Source: Patescibacteria group bacterium | GTDB lineage: Bacteria > Patescibacteriota > Minisyncoccia > UBA6257 > HR35 | Direction: 5' to 3' | Length of the DNA stretch: 43,691 nucleotides | NCBI GenBank assembly: GCA_025060085.1 | Contig: JANXCM010000002.1 | Location: forward strand, 1-43,691 | Shown: in pieces, positions 1 to 9,205 of the stretch | Layout: every line of letters begins with the position of its first letter | Numbering within the stretch: position 1 is the stretch's first letter | Translations under genes and position numbers: made by a program | The notes under the pieces: model-generated | The model's database searches: none | Seen by the model: the letters and a program-made list of their open reading frames with translations, nothing else | Told to the model about the DNA's origin: nothing

Positions 1-1
1 A

Positions 2-280
2 ATTATTATCGCCCTAATTTTTTTTATTATTTTTTGGCAAAATAAAAAAAATTTTAATCTTTTATCGTTATTTTATTTAGCTTCCTCAATAATGATTTTT
101 TTAGGTTTATTTTCATCCTTTCTTTCTTTAATATGGATTAGCTTATTATTTTCACAAATTTTAATAAGAAAAAAAATTGATTTAATTTCTTTATCTTTAA
201 TAAGCTATTTTATTCTTCTTTTATCTGTTGGCCCGGGTAAATTAAGTTTAGATAGAATATTAAATTTAAGGTATTTTTAA
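2..280 (+). CDS. DoxX-like membrane protein, C-terminal fragment (5' end lies outside the window)
   Basis: The frame is open from nt 2 with no stop before 278-280. The product is strongly hydrophobic. The C-terminal ...SVGPGKLSLDRIL resembles the conserved GxGxxSLD end of DoxX-family proteins. Confidence 0.45.
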   Translation: MIIALIFFIIFWQNKKNFNLLSLFYLASSIMIFLGLFSSFLSLIWISLLFSQILIRKKIDLISLSLISYFILLLSVGPGKLSLDRILNLRYF

Positions 281-304
281 TTAGGTTTTATTTTTAATTC
301 GATA

Positions 305-2206
305 ATGAGTTACAAGGCAGAGGATATTCAAGTTTTAGAAGGAATTGAAGCTGTTAGAAAGAGGCCAGGAATGTATATAGGAAGCACAGGTAAAGATGGC
401 CTTCATCACTTAGTCTATGAAATTGTAGCTAATGCTGTTGATGAAAGTTTGGCTGGTTATGCTAAAAATATTGAGGTAAAAATATTAAAAAATAATAGAA
501 TTTCTATTTCTGATGATGGTCGAGGTATTCCTATTGATTTGCATTCTAAAACAAAAAAATCAGCACTGGAAACTGTTTTAACTTATCTTCATGCTGGTGG
601 TAAATTTTCTCAGAAAATTTATAAAGTTTCAGGTGGTTTACACGGAGTAGGTTTATCAGTGGTTAATGCCTTAAGTAAATATCTAAAAGCAGTTGTTTAT
701 CGAGAAGGTTATGAGTGGTCACAAGAATATGAAAGAGGAAAGCCTATTACTAGTCTTAAAAAAATTAGACCAACAAAAAAAACAGGGACAACGATTATTT
801 TTGAACCTGATCCTAAAATTTTTACTGAGATTAATTTTGATAAAAATATCATTTTGGACTATCTTCGTCATCAAAGTTATCTGACTCCAGGACTGAGAAT
901 TAATTTTTATGATGAGCGAGAAAATTTTTCCTATGGTTTTTATTTTGAGGGAGGTTTGATAAGTTTTTTAAATCATTTAACTAAATTTAAAAGACTTGTT
1001 AATAACCATCATCTTTATGGAAAAATATCAGAAGATGATAAGGAATTTGAATTTTGTTTTAATTATTCTGAAAGCTCAGATAGTAGAGAGCTATCTTTTA
1101 CTAATAATATTCTTAATCCTGAGGGGGGAACTCATCTTGTAGGTTTTAGGAATGCTTTATTAAAAATATTCAACGAAATAGGTAGAGTCCTAAATATTTT
1201 AAAAAATGGTAAAAATTTAATTACCGAAGATATTCGAGGAGGTCTTTGGTTAATAATTTCTTTGAAAATTCCCGAACCTCAATTTGAAGGACAAACAAAA
1301 TCAAAATTAGGCAATCCCGAAGTAAAAAGCTTTGTCGAAAGTCATGTTTTTAATTTTTTAAAAGAGTATTTTGGAAAATACCCTGACGAAGCAAAAGCCA
1401 TTTTAAACAGATTAATTATTAATCTCGAAGCTCGGGAAGCAGAGAAAACAGCTAAAGAAATAGTTTTTAAAAAAAGATTTTCAGTTTCTCTAATGCTTTC
1501 AGGAAAATTAGCTGATTGCTCTTCAAAGGATTTTTCAAAAAGAGAACTTTTTATTGTTGAGGGCGATAGTGCTGGAGGAAGTGCCAAACAAGCTCGAGAT
1601 AGAACTTTCCAGGCAGTTTTACCACTAAGAGGAAAAATTTTAAATGTCGAGAAATCAAATCTGGTTAAAATATTAAAATCAAAGGAAATTAAAGATCTTA
1701 TTGCTGCTTTAGGAACGGGGATAGGAAAAGATTTCAATCTCGAAAATTTGCGCTATTCAAAAATAATAATTGCTACTGATGCTGATTCTGATGGTAATCA
1801 TATTCGCACACTTTTACTTACTCTTTTTTATAGATTTTTTAGATCATTGCTTGAAAAAGGATATATTTATATAGCCCAACCACCTTTATATAAAATTCAA
1901 TTCGGAAAACAATTTTTTTATGCTTATAGTGATTCGGAAAGAGATAAATTAATTAAAGAAATTCAAAAAAAACAGACTAAAAATTATAATTTTGATATTC
2001 AAAGATATAAAGGGCTAGGAGAAATGAACCCAGAAGAATTATGGGAAACAACTATTAACCCTGAAAAAAGAGTATTAAAAAGGGTTACTATTGAAGATGC
2101 GGAAAGGGCTGATGAATTATTTTCTATTTTGATGGGTAGTGAAGTCGAACCAAGAAAAAAATTTATTGAAACCTATGCTCAAGAAGTTCAAGATCTTGAT
2201 ATCTGA
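305..2206 (+). CDS. gyrB: DNA gyrase subunit B
   Basis: 633 aa. N-terminal YKAEDIQVLEGIEAVRKRPGMYIGST, a GHKL ATPase region, Toprim motifs (ELFIVEGDSAGGSAKQARDR, IIATDADSDGNHI) and a C-terminal QRYKGLGEM motif. Confidence 0.97.
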   Translation: MSYKAEDIQVLEGIEAVRKRPGMYIGSTGKDGLHHLVYEIVANAVDESLAGYAKNIEVKILKNNRISISDDGRGIPIDLHSKTKKSALETVLTYLHAGGKFSQKIYKVSGGLHGVGLSVVNALSKYLKAVVYREGYEWSQEYERGKPITSLKKIRPTKKTGTTIIFEPDPKIFTEINFDKNIILDYLRHQSYLTPGLRINFYDERENFSYGFYFEGGLISFLNHLTKFKRLVNNHHLYGKISEDDKEFEFCFNYSESSDSRELSFTNNILNPEGGTHLVGFRNALLKIFNEIGRVLNILKNGKNLITEDIRGGLWLIISLKIPEPQFEGQTKSKLGNPEVKSFVESHVFNFLKEYFGKYPDEAKAILNRLIINLEAREAEKTAKEIVFKKRFSVSLMLSGKLADCSSKDFSKRELFIVEGDSAGGSAKQARDRTFQAVLPLRGKILNVEKSNLVKILKSKEIKDLIAALGTGIGKDFNLENLRYSKIIIATDADSDGNHIRTLLLTLFYRFFRSLLEKGYIYIAQPPLYKIQFGKQFFYAYSDSERDKLIKEIQKKQTKNYNFDIQRYKGLGEMNPEELWETTINPEKRVLKRVTIEDAERADELFSILMGSEVEPRKKFIETYAQEVQDLDI

Positions 2207-2747
2207 AAATTTTTTAATAATCTCAGCTCTTGGAATTTCCAGTATTTTCTTATACTTAACTTTTTTTAATTACTTTTTTATTATTTTCCTTTTAACTTCA
2301 CTTATTTTTTTTAATTTTTATTTTTTAAGAGGATTAAATTTTATTTTATTTTCTTTAGTTAGTCCTCTTCCTTTTTATTTTTTATTTCTTTTAATAGAAA
2401 TCAATCCGTTATTAATAATAATTATTTGGCTTATTTACTATTTTCTTTTATTAACTAATAATCAACTTTCTTTTTTCATTTTAGTTTTCTTAATTATTTT
2501 TAATATACTTATTTTTCTTGATCATTTTAACTTTTTTCTTATTTTCATCATTCTTATTTTTTTAATGCTATTGATCTTTTTTTTAATTTTTAAAAATAAT
2601 TTTTTTCAAAGTTTAATTAAAACTTTTATTTTTGCTCAGTTTTTTTGGATAAGTTATTTTTTACCAGTTCATTTCTATTTAAATATTTTCTTTCTCTTTT
2701 CCCTTTTTTTCTTTCTAATAAAAGTTAATTTTATTAATCAAGTTTAA
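2139..2747 (+). CDS. polytopic membrane protein of unknown function (start uncertain)
   Basis: Long Phe/Leu/Ile-rich ORF with several predicted TM segments, filling the gap between gyrB and the DksA-like gene. The listed start overlaps the gyrB 3' end by 68 nt, so the true start is probably further downstream. Confidence 0.4.
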   Translation: MKSNQEKNLLKPMLKKFKILISENFLIISALGISSIFLYLTFFNYFFIIFLLTSLIFFNFYFLRGLNFILFSLVSPLPFYFLFLLIEINPLLIIIIWLIYYFLLLTNNQLSFFILVFLIIFNILIFLDHFNFFLIFIILIFLMLLIFFLIFKNNFFQSLIKTFIFAQFFWISYFLPVHFYLNIFFLFSLFFFLIKVNFINQV

Positions 2748-2752
2748 TTTTG

Positions 2753-2761
2753 TGTTATAAT
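2753..2761 (+). promoter_or_regulatory. extended -10 promoter element TGTTATAAT
   Basis: Exact TGnTATAAT match ending 9 nt before ATG 2771. This implies a near-leaderless transcript for the DksA-like gene. Confidence 0.35.
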
Positions 2762-2770
2762 AGAAAAGTT

Positions 2771-3103
2771 ATGATTAATATTGAAGAAATTAAAAATAAA
2801 CTTTTAAAAGAAAAAGAAGAAATAATTTTTGTCCTAGAAGAATTAAAACGAGAGATGAATAATTTGAAGGAAAATCCTGAATATGAATTTTCGGCTGCTT
2901 CGGAAGCCTTTGAAGAAAAACAAGATATTCATATTAAAAAAGAATTTCTAGAGGAGAGATTAGAAGAAATTAATCGAGCTTTAGGAAAAATTGAAAATAA
3001 TACTTATGGAAGATGTTTAAAATGCGGTAAAGAAATTGAATCTGCGAGATTACAGATTGATCCTACTTTTGAATATTGTCGTGAACATTCTCATGATCAT
3101 TAA
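2771..3103 (+). CDS. DksA/TraR-family C4 zinc-finger protein
   Basis: Coiled-coil N-terminus followed by CLKCGKEIESARLQIDPTFEYCREH (CxxC...C), typical of DksA/TraR. The track start (TTG 2750) lies inside the promoter-like TGTTATAAT, so ATG 2771 is preferred. Confidence 0.75.
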   Translation: MINIEEIKNKLLKEKEEIIFVLEELKREMNNLKENPEYEFSAASEAFEEKQDIHIKKEFLEERLEEINRALGKIENNTYGRCLKCGKEIESARLQIDPTFEYCREHSHDH

Positions 3104-3112
3104 ATTTAAAAA

Positions 3113-3553
3113 TTATTTCCTATAATAAAGAATAATTTTTTCAACCTCAGGAGAACTAAATTCTTCACAAGTGGCTAAATAAACACGATATTTAAAATAA
3201 CGAATATTTTTGTGAGGATTATCACTCTGGAATGAATATATTTTAAAAGGGGGATGATCAATATAATCATTGAAAAAACTTTTACCATAAAATAGCCATG
3301 GACCGTTATAATCTAAAGAACTAGCTAGTTGAAACCCTACAAAATGTTTATCCGTTTTTTCTCCTTGCCATTTTAATTTAGTAATTTGATATTCATCACC
3401 TAAATCAAAAACAACTGATTCTAAATATCCATAGTTAAGAGCATTATCCAACTGGCAAACATTTTGAGAAGAACTAAGATTATTTGGTAAAAAAAATAAA
3501 CTACTAATTGCTAAACCTAAAAAAATTTTTAATTTTTTGTAACCAATTTTCAT
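3113..3553 (-). CDS. secreted hypothetical protein
   Basis: N-terminal signal-like MKIGYKKLKIFLGLAISSLFFL. I recognise no family motif. It overlaps the 3' end of the FtsA-like gene by 50 nt. Confidence 0.5.
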   Translation of the reverse strand: MKIGYKKLKIFLGLAISSLFFLPNNLSSSQNVCQLDNALNYGYLESVVFDLGDEYQITKLKWQGEKTDKHFVGFQLASSLDYNGPWLFYGKSFFNDYIDHPPFKIYSFQSDNPHKNIRYFKYRVYLATCEEFSSPEVEKIILYYRK

Positions 3554-4643
3554 TTTTATAATCTAACTCTTTAGCTATTAAAGCACAACCAACTGAAGCT
3601 GAATATTTCAAAAGATCATCTTGTTTTTCAAATAAACCTAAATCATCTTTTGAAAGTTTCAGTTGGAAATCAAAAAAATTTTTTATTAAGTTATCTAAAT
3701 GGATAATTTTTGCAAAACTACCTATAACAATTATTCCTGCTGGTAAGCGATAATTGTTTTTAATTTCTTTCAGATAAGATCTTAAATTATTTTTTTCAAA
3801 ATATTCTTTTATTTTTTTTTCAATAAATTTTTTAATTTTTAATTTCTTTTTCCCTTCTTTAGCTAATTGATTATTGAAAAAAGCAATTTTTAATTTTTCA
3901 GCTTCTTCGATGTCAATTTTTAAATTAATAGCTAAATCTTCTGTTAATTTTTCCCCTCCAAATTTATAAGACTTATAGTTAATTAATTTTCCATATTGAA
4001 AAAAAGAGATAGTTGTATTTTCTGAGCCGAAATCAATTAAACCTACTCCTATCTCTTTATCTTTTTTTGATAAACAAACCTTACTGGCAGCATAAAAAGA
4101 AGGAATAAAATTTATTTTATTAATTTCTAATCTTTTAAAAACATTTCTGAATTTATCTAAAATAGATTTATGACAGGTGATAAAGAAAACTTCAACATCT
4201 AATCTGCGTCCAGTAAATCCCAACGGATCTCTTATTTCTTGGTTACCATCCAAAATAAATTTTATTGGTTCTTCAACTAAAATTTCTTGATTATTAATTA
4301 AAAGAGAAGTTCGAGCGGTTTTAATCGCTCTTTCAAGATCTTCTTCTTGAACATTACCCTCGAAAATAGAATGGCCTTTCTGAAAATAATTTTGAAAATG
4401 AGGAAAATTGAATGAAATAATAAGATTATCAATTTTAGCAATATTAAAACTATTTAAAATATTAGAAAAAAGATTTTCAAGAGAATGAAAGAGAGCATCT
4501 TGATCTAAAATTTCACCCTCTCTTAGATTCTCATTTCTAATAGAGTGGTTATAGCTAATTAATTTACCGAGAGGATCCTCTTCCAAAACGCTTAATTTAA
4601 TTTCATAATGGCCGAAATCTAAACCAAAATAAATATTTTTCAT
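3504..4643 (-). CDS. ftsA: actin-like ATPase, probably cell-division protein FtsA
   Basis: ASKHA-fold phosphate motifs (YFGLDFGHYEIK, GLIDFGSENTTISFF). The C-terminal amphipathic NWLQKIKNFFRF resembles the FtsA membrane-targeting helix. PilM cannot be fully excluded. Confidence 0.65.
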   Translation of the reverse strand: MKNIYFGLDFGHYEIKLSVLEEDPLGKLISYNHSIRNENLREGEILDQDALFHSLENLFSNILNSFNIAKIDNLIISFNFPHFQNYFQKGHSIFEGNVQEEDLERAIKTARTSLLINNQEILVEEPIKFILDGNQEIRDPLGFTGRRLDVEVFFITCHKSILDKFRNVFKRLEINKINFIPSFYAASKVCLSKKDKEIGVGLIDFGSENTTISFFQYGKLINYKSYKFGGEKLTEDLAINLKIDIEEAEKLKIAFFNNQLAKEGKKKLKIKKFIEKKIKEYFEKNNLRSYLKEIKNNYRLPAGIIVIGSFAKIIHLDNLIKNFFDFQLKLSKDDLGLFEKQDDLLKYSASVGCALIAKELDYKNENWLQKIKNFFRFSN

Positions 4644-4912
4644 CCTTCATATTTAATTTCGTTAATATAACGTTTGGCCATTTCTAAAGCTTTTTCTAAA
4701 CTCCAACCTTCTTTTAATTTTTTTTCTACAAATGATTTAATTTTTAAGCGATAAATTCGATATTCAAATTTTCTTCGCTCATTCCATTTTCTAGTTTTAA
4801 ACATTCTTTTTTTAACTTCATTGACTAAACCACTTCTTTGATAGCGAGAACTAAATCTTTTCAATAACTGAAGATTATTTTCATTTTTCACTTTTTTAGC
4901 TTTAATTCTCAT
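4640..4912 (-). CDS. rpsU: 30S ribosomal protein S21 with a C-terminal extension
   Basis: LLKRFSSRYQRSGLVNEVKKRMFKTRKWNERRK aligns by eye with E. coli S21 [33 protein letters not shown]. Confidence 0.65.
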   Translation of the reverse strand: MRIKAKKVKNENNLQLLKRFSSRYQRSGLVNEVKKRMFKTRKWNERRKFEYRIYRLKIKSFVEKKLKEGWSLEKALEMAKRYINEIKYEG

Positions 4913-5315
4913 CTTTGAGTAAATTATAAATCTCCTCTACAGATTGTGAGGGAGGATTATAAACAACTGAATGTATCGAACCGCCATTATCATTAGGAAA
5001 TCGAGGAATGACGTGAAAGTGAAGATGATCAATTAAACGACCGGCTAATTTTCCCTCATTAATTCCAATAGTAAAATCAGATGTTTTTAATTTTTTTGAA
5101 ATTTTAAAGATAGCCTCCTTTATAATTCTTATTAAATCTTGATATAACTCTTCTGATAAATCTGTAAAACTAACTAAATGTTTTTTAGGGATAATCAAAG
5201 AATGACCAGGAGAATGAGGTTTAATGTCTAAAAAACTTAAGAAATTTTCATTTTCTAATAGGATAAAAGCTTTTAACTCTTTATTAGCTATTTGGCAAAA
5301 TAGGCATTTACTCAT
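4902..5315 (-). CDS. HIT-family (histidine triad) nucleotide hydrolase/transferase
   Basis: N-terminal CLFCQI motif and histidine triad DHLHFHVIP. Confidence 0.9.
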   Translation of the reverse strand: MSKCLFCQIANKELKAFILLENENFLSFLDIKPHSPGHSLIIPKKHLVSFTDLSEELYQDLIRIIKEAIFKISKKLKTSDFTIGINEGKLAGRLIDHLHFHVIPRFPNDNGGSIHSVVYNPPSQSVEEIYNLLKDEN

Positions 5316-5325
5316 TGTTTTTTTA

Positions 5326-6600
5326 TTATAATTTTAATTTTTTCTTAATTTCTTGAGTTAAGTGATTAATAGCAATTATCTCTTGAGATCTTTTAACCAT
5401 ATCCTTCAAAATAGCAGTTTTATTACCAATTTCTTGATGACCAATAATTAGACAATATTTAACTCCTAATTTGTTAGCTAATTCTAATTGAGAAGAAAGA
5501 CTGGATTTGCTAAAATTTTCTAAAACAGGAATGTTATTTTTGATCAATTCATCGTAAATTTTTAAGGCGTATTCTTTTGTTTTTTCTGTAGTTTGGGCAA
5601 TAAAAATTTCTGCACTTTTAGCCATCTTTAATTTTACATTATGGATTTTTAAGATTTCAATTAATCTTTCTAAACCTATAGCTCCTCCTACAGCTGGAAT
5701 TACTTTACCTCCTAAATATTGAGCTAAGTTATCATATCTTCCACCGCCACCAATAGCAATATTTGTCTCTGGAAAGAATATTTCAAATACTGTTCTTTGA
5801 TAATAATCAAATCCCCTTACTAATGTTTGGTCTAAATCATATTTTATTTCTAAAATATCTAAATACTCTAAAGTTTTGCTAATTTGAATTTCGCAATCTT
5901 TACAAAGATAGTTTATTAAACTCGGAGCATTTTTTTTATATTCTTTACATTTTTCTTCTTTGCAGTCTAACATTCTTAATGGATTAAGATTATATCTTCT
6001 TTGACAATCCTTACAAACATTTTTTAAATTTTTTTTATAATAATTCTTTAAATCTTTAAGATATTTGTTTCTATCTTTTTTACATCCTAAACTATTAATT
6101 TTGAAAATATAATCAAATAATTTAAATTTTTTAAAAAATCTGTCAAAAACTTGAATTATTTGAGCATCATAAATAGGATCTGAGCTACCGATAATTTCTA
6201 ATCCCCATTGATGATGCTCTCGAAATCTGCCAGCTTGAGGTTTTTCTCGCCGATACATTCGATCAAGATAAAATAATTTTACCGGTTGAGGTAAAGAATG
6301 CATACCATTTTGAAGATAAGCTCTAATTACTGAAGCTGTTCCTTCTGGTTTTAAAACATATTTAATACCACCTTCTCGTTCTTTTAGATAAAACATTTCT
6401 TTTTGGATAACATCAGTTGATTGACCCAAAGATGAAGTAAAAACCCCCTCTTCTTCTAAAACTGGGGTTTGGATATAATGATAAGAGTATAATTGACTAT
6501 ATTTAATTATTTCTTCTTTCAGAGAAAGTAAAAAGTTAGCTTCGTCAAATAAAAAATCATTCATACCCCTCGGTCTTTGAAAAACAAATTTAAAACTCAT
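5326..6600 (-). CDS. hisS: histidine--tRNA ligase
   Basis: Class II aaRS motifs: PRGMNDF, YRREKPQAGRFREHHQ, GGGGRYDNL. A Cys-rich insertion and a C-terminal anticodon-binding domain are present. Confidence 0.95.
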   Translation of the reverse strand: MSFKFVFQRPRGMNDFLFDEANFLLSLKEEIIKYSQLYSYHYIQTPVLEEEGVFTSSLGQSTDVIQKEMFYLKEREGGIKYVLKPEGTASVIRAYLQNGMHSLPQPVKLFYLDRMYRREKPQAGRFREHHQWGLEIIGSSDPIYDAQIIQVFDRFFKKFKLFDYIFKINSLGCKKDRNKYLKDLKNYYKKNLKNVCKDCQRRYNLNPLRMLDCKEEKCKEYKKNAPSLINYLCKDCEIQISKTLEYLDILEIKYDLDQTLVRGFDYYQRTVFEIFFPETNIAIGGGGRYDNLAQYLGGKVIPAVGGAIGLERLIEILKIHNVKLKMAKSAEIFIAQTTEKTKEYALKIYDELIKNNIPVLENFSKSSLSSQLELANKLGVKYCLIIGHQEIGNKTAILKDMVKRSQEIIAINHLTQEIKKKLKL

Positions 6601-6627
6601 TTTTATTGATTAGCTTGCTATTTATAT

Positions 6628-7170
6628 TTAAATACTATTATGATGAAGAATATTAATAAATTTTCCTAAAAAATTGAGTTTAAAAATAACTTTCCCCACA
6701 ATATTTTCTCTTTTCAAAGGCCTACCCCATTTTCGGGAATCAAAACTTTCTTTCCGATTATCACCTAAAACAAAATATTCATCATTATTTAAAATTATTT
6801 CTAAATCCTCCATATAAACTTCTTCATTAGGTAAATAATTTTCTTTAAGTTGAAATACTTGGTTTTCTTTAGAAATAAAAATTTTATTATCTTTAATACT
6901 TATTTTTTCATTTGGTAAACCTATAACTCTTTTAATATAATATTTCTTTTCATCAACAGGAGGGATGAAAACTATTACTTCTCCTCTTTGAGGAGGGTTT
7001 ATTTTAGTACAAATTTTACAAACAATTAAATAGTCCGAATTATGGAAGTTGGGTTCCATGCTTTCTCCTACAACAATAAATGGTTCGAAAATAAATAATC
7101 TTACAGGTAAAAAAACAAAAATAAAAATTAAAAATAAGTCTTTGATTTCAGAGAAAAAAGACCTAACCAT
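6628..7170 (-). CDS. lepB: signal peptidase I
   Basis: N-terminal TM segment, catalytic GESMEPNF (Ser box), KRVIGLP (Lys box) and GDNRKESFDSR. Confidence 0.9.
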   Translation of the reverse strand: MVRSFFSEIKDLFLIFIFVFLPVRLFIFEPFIVVGESMEPNFHNSDYLIVCKICTKINPPQRGEVIVFIPPVDEKKYYIKRVIGLPNEKISIKDNKIFISKENQVFQLKENYLPNEEVYMEDLEIILNNDEYFVLGDNRKESFDSRKWGRPLKRENIVGKVIFKLNFLGKFINILHHNSI

Positions 7171-7205
7171 TTTAGAGAAAACATATTTAATAACATAATA
7201 ATTAT

Positions 7206-7781
7206 ATGAAAAAATATAATAAAATCAAATATAATAAAATTAAATTAATTTTTGGTTTAGGTAATCCAGGCGAAAGATTTATTAACACTCCTCATAATTT
7301 TGGTCAAGATTTATTAAAGAAAATCATTCAAGAAAATTTAATTTTTCAAAACGATTATTTTCAAATTGCTTTTTATAAAAATTTATACTTAAGTATTTCT
7401 AAGAAATATATGAATGAATCGGGAATGGTTTTAAAGATGATTACTCAACAATTAAAAATTAAAAGTTCTAATGAAGTGTTAATCATTCACGATGAAGCTG
7501 ATTTACCATTCTTGTGGCTCAAATTAACATTTAATAAAAGACCATCTATGCATAAAGGAGTAGAATCAATTTACCGAAATTATAGTCAAAAAATTTGGAG
7601 ATTAAGAATAGGTATTCAAGAAGAAAAAAGAAAAAAAGCTAAAGATATCATTTTAAAAAAAATTACTGGTGAAAGACTAAAAAGTTGGCAGAAAGCCAAA
7701 AATAAAATTGAACCTCTTATTGATTTTTTTTCTCAAAAAGAAATTCAAAAAGTAAGTATTCCTAAATTATTTTTTCTTTAA
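7206..7781 (+). CDS. pth: peptidyl-tRNA hydrolase
   Basis: LIFGLGNPGERFINTPHNFG matches the Pth N-terminal signature. Confidence 0.85.
   Translation: MKKYNKIKYNKIKLIFGLGNPGERFINTPHNFGQDLLKKIIQENLIFQNDYFQIAFYKNLYLSISKKYMNESGMVLKMITQQLKIKSSNEVLIIHDEADLPFLWLKLTFNKRPSMHKGVESIYRNYSQKIWRLRIGIQEEKRKKAKDIILKKITGERLKSWQKAKNKIEPLIDFFSQKEIQKVSIPKLFFL
7212..7241 (+). repeat. 15-nt tandem duplication (2 copies, 14/15 identical) inside the pth 5' end
   Basis: aaatataataaaatc / aaatataataaaatt encodes KYNKI twice, upstream of the conserved Pth core. Confidence 0.8.
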
Positions 7782-8569
7782 AGATAGCCTATCTCCTTTA
7801 ATTTTTCTCGATGTTCCCATTCCCAGAGTTCTTTACAAGCTAAAAAACCCTTAAAATCTTCTTCAGGATTGTCAAATTCTTTAAACTCCCATTCTTCAAT
7901 AATTTCTCCAAATTGATGTTGACAAAAATCTTCACCACCTTTTATTTTATCTCCCATTCTTCTGATAATTTTTTTAGCTCCACATAGTTCACAAACTTGA
8001 ATTTGATTTAATCTTAAAATAAATCTTTTTTCTATTAATTTAGGTAAAACAATTTTTTTTGAATTGTCTATTAAAACCGGTTCTTCATTTAGAGCATAAT
8101 AATAAGCAGCTGTTTGAAGGCGATAATCATCATAAATTTCAGCAGCTGTTTTAATGTCAATTAGTGAAAAAACTCCATTAACTTCGGCTAAAATATCAAA
8201 AGTGCCACTATAACGATAATTAGAATGTTTTATTCTTTTTTCAATCCATTCAGCACGAGTGATAAGACTATAATTTTTTAAAAAACTTTCAAATCCTTTT
8301 TTAAATCCTATAAATTCAGGTGGAACAATTATTTCTTTTCCTCTAACAATTGCTTCTAAAATTTCATGGACGATTGTTCCTTCATAAGCAGCCTTTCTTT
8401 TTTTATTTTGAGCATCGGTAAAATTTTCCGCTGCTGCATAAAAATAATATAGAGCAGGTTTACTTTTAATATCAACAATTGATGTCACCCTAGGATACCA
8501 AATACCATCAACTAAATAACCGTGTCTTTTTTTAAATTCGTCTGAAGTTAAAGTTTTACTATTAAGCAT
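7778..8569 (-). CDS. PD-(D/E)XK (RecB/Cas4-like) nuclease-fold protein with a C-terminal Cys/His cluster
   Basis: GTFDILAEV...LIDIKT...YRLQTAAYYYAL fits the D...(D/E)xK...QxxxY nuclease core. C-terminal CELCGAKK...CQHQ. Confidence 0.5.
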   Translation of the reverse strand: MLNSKTLTSDEFKKRHGYLVDGIWYPRVTSIVDIKSKPALYYFYAAAENFTDAQNKKRKAAYEGTIVHEILEAIVRGKEIIVPPEFIGFKKGFESFLKNYSLITRAEWIEKRIKHSNYRYSGTFDILAEVNGVFSLIDIKTAAEIYDDYRLQTAAYYYALNEEPVLIDNSKKIVLPKLIEKRFILRLNQIQVCELCGAKKIIRRMGDKIKGGEDFCQHQFGEIIEEWEFKEFDNPEEDFKGFLACKELWEWEHREKLKEIGYL

Positions 8570-8755
8570 AATTTAAACTAAAATTGAAATAAAATTTTTA
8601 ATTTTTAAAGTAACATTATAATTATATAAAATAGATTAATTTTATTAATTTTATTTTTAAATTAATATTTTTAAAAATTCCTATAATTTTTAAACATTAT
8701 TATTAAATATATTCACCTATTTTCTTCATATTTTAAAAATTTATTTTAAACTTAG

Positions 8756-9205
8756 ATGATTCTAACTTACCCAAATAATTTTTTAAAAAAAAAGACAAAG
8801 TCAGTTAATTATTTTGATAAGAATTTAAACGAGATTGTAAAGAAAATGAAAAAAATTATAGTTGAAAACAATGGAGTAGGCTTAGCGGCTAATCAAATAG
8901 GTTTAGATATGGCCTTATTTGTTGCTCGTCCCAAAGATAAATTTTATATTTTTATTAATCCTAAAATTTTAAAAGGGTGGGAAGAAGAGGTGAAAGAAGA
9001 AGGTTGTTTAAGTTTACCTAATAAATGGGGGTTGGTAAAAAGATTTAATAAGATCTATTTAGAATATCAAGATATGAGAGGAAAGAAAAAAAAATTAAAA
9101 ACTTCGGGTTTATTAGCTCATATTATTCAGCATGAAGTTGATCACTTGAATGGTATTTTATTTATTAATAAAGCTATCGAAATTTACGATCTAAAAAATG
9201 GTTAA
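8756..9205 (+). CDS. def: peptide deformylase
   Basis: The three Def motifs are present: GLAANQIG, EGCLS, HEVDHLNG. Confidence 0.93.
   Translation: MILTYPNNFLKKKTKSVNYFDKNLNEIVKKMKKIIVENNGVGLAANQIGLDMALFVARPKDKFYIFINPKILKGWEEEVKEEGCLSLPNKWGLVKRFNKIYLEYQDMRGKKKKLKTSGLLAHIIQHEVDHLNGILFINKAIEIYDLKNG

Noticed and set aside
1342-1737. Antisense or alternate-frame ORFs inside confident genes: 693..884, 1342..1737, 15577..15855, 32079..32297, 33917..34099, 39157..39363, 41778..42026, 41990..42220.
   Set aside because: Each is fully nested in a well-supported CDS and has a low-complexity or odd composition. 15577..15855 mirrors the AAT/CAA repeat tract. The last two reflect the higher G+C of the island.
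3504-4643. An alternative call of this actin-like ATPase as the type IV pilus protein PilM, which would link it to the pilin genes.
   Set aside because: The C-terminal amphipathic helix (NWLQKIKNFFRF) is an FtsA hallmark. There are no pilN/O/P/Q genes downstream. FtsA is kept, at moderate confidence.
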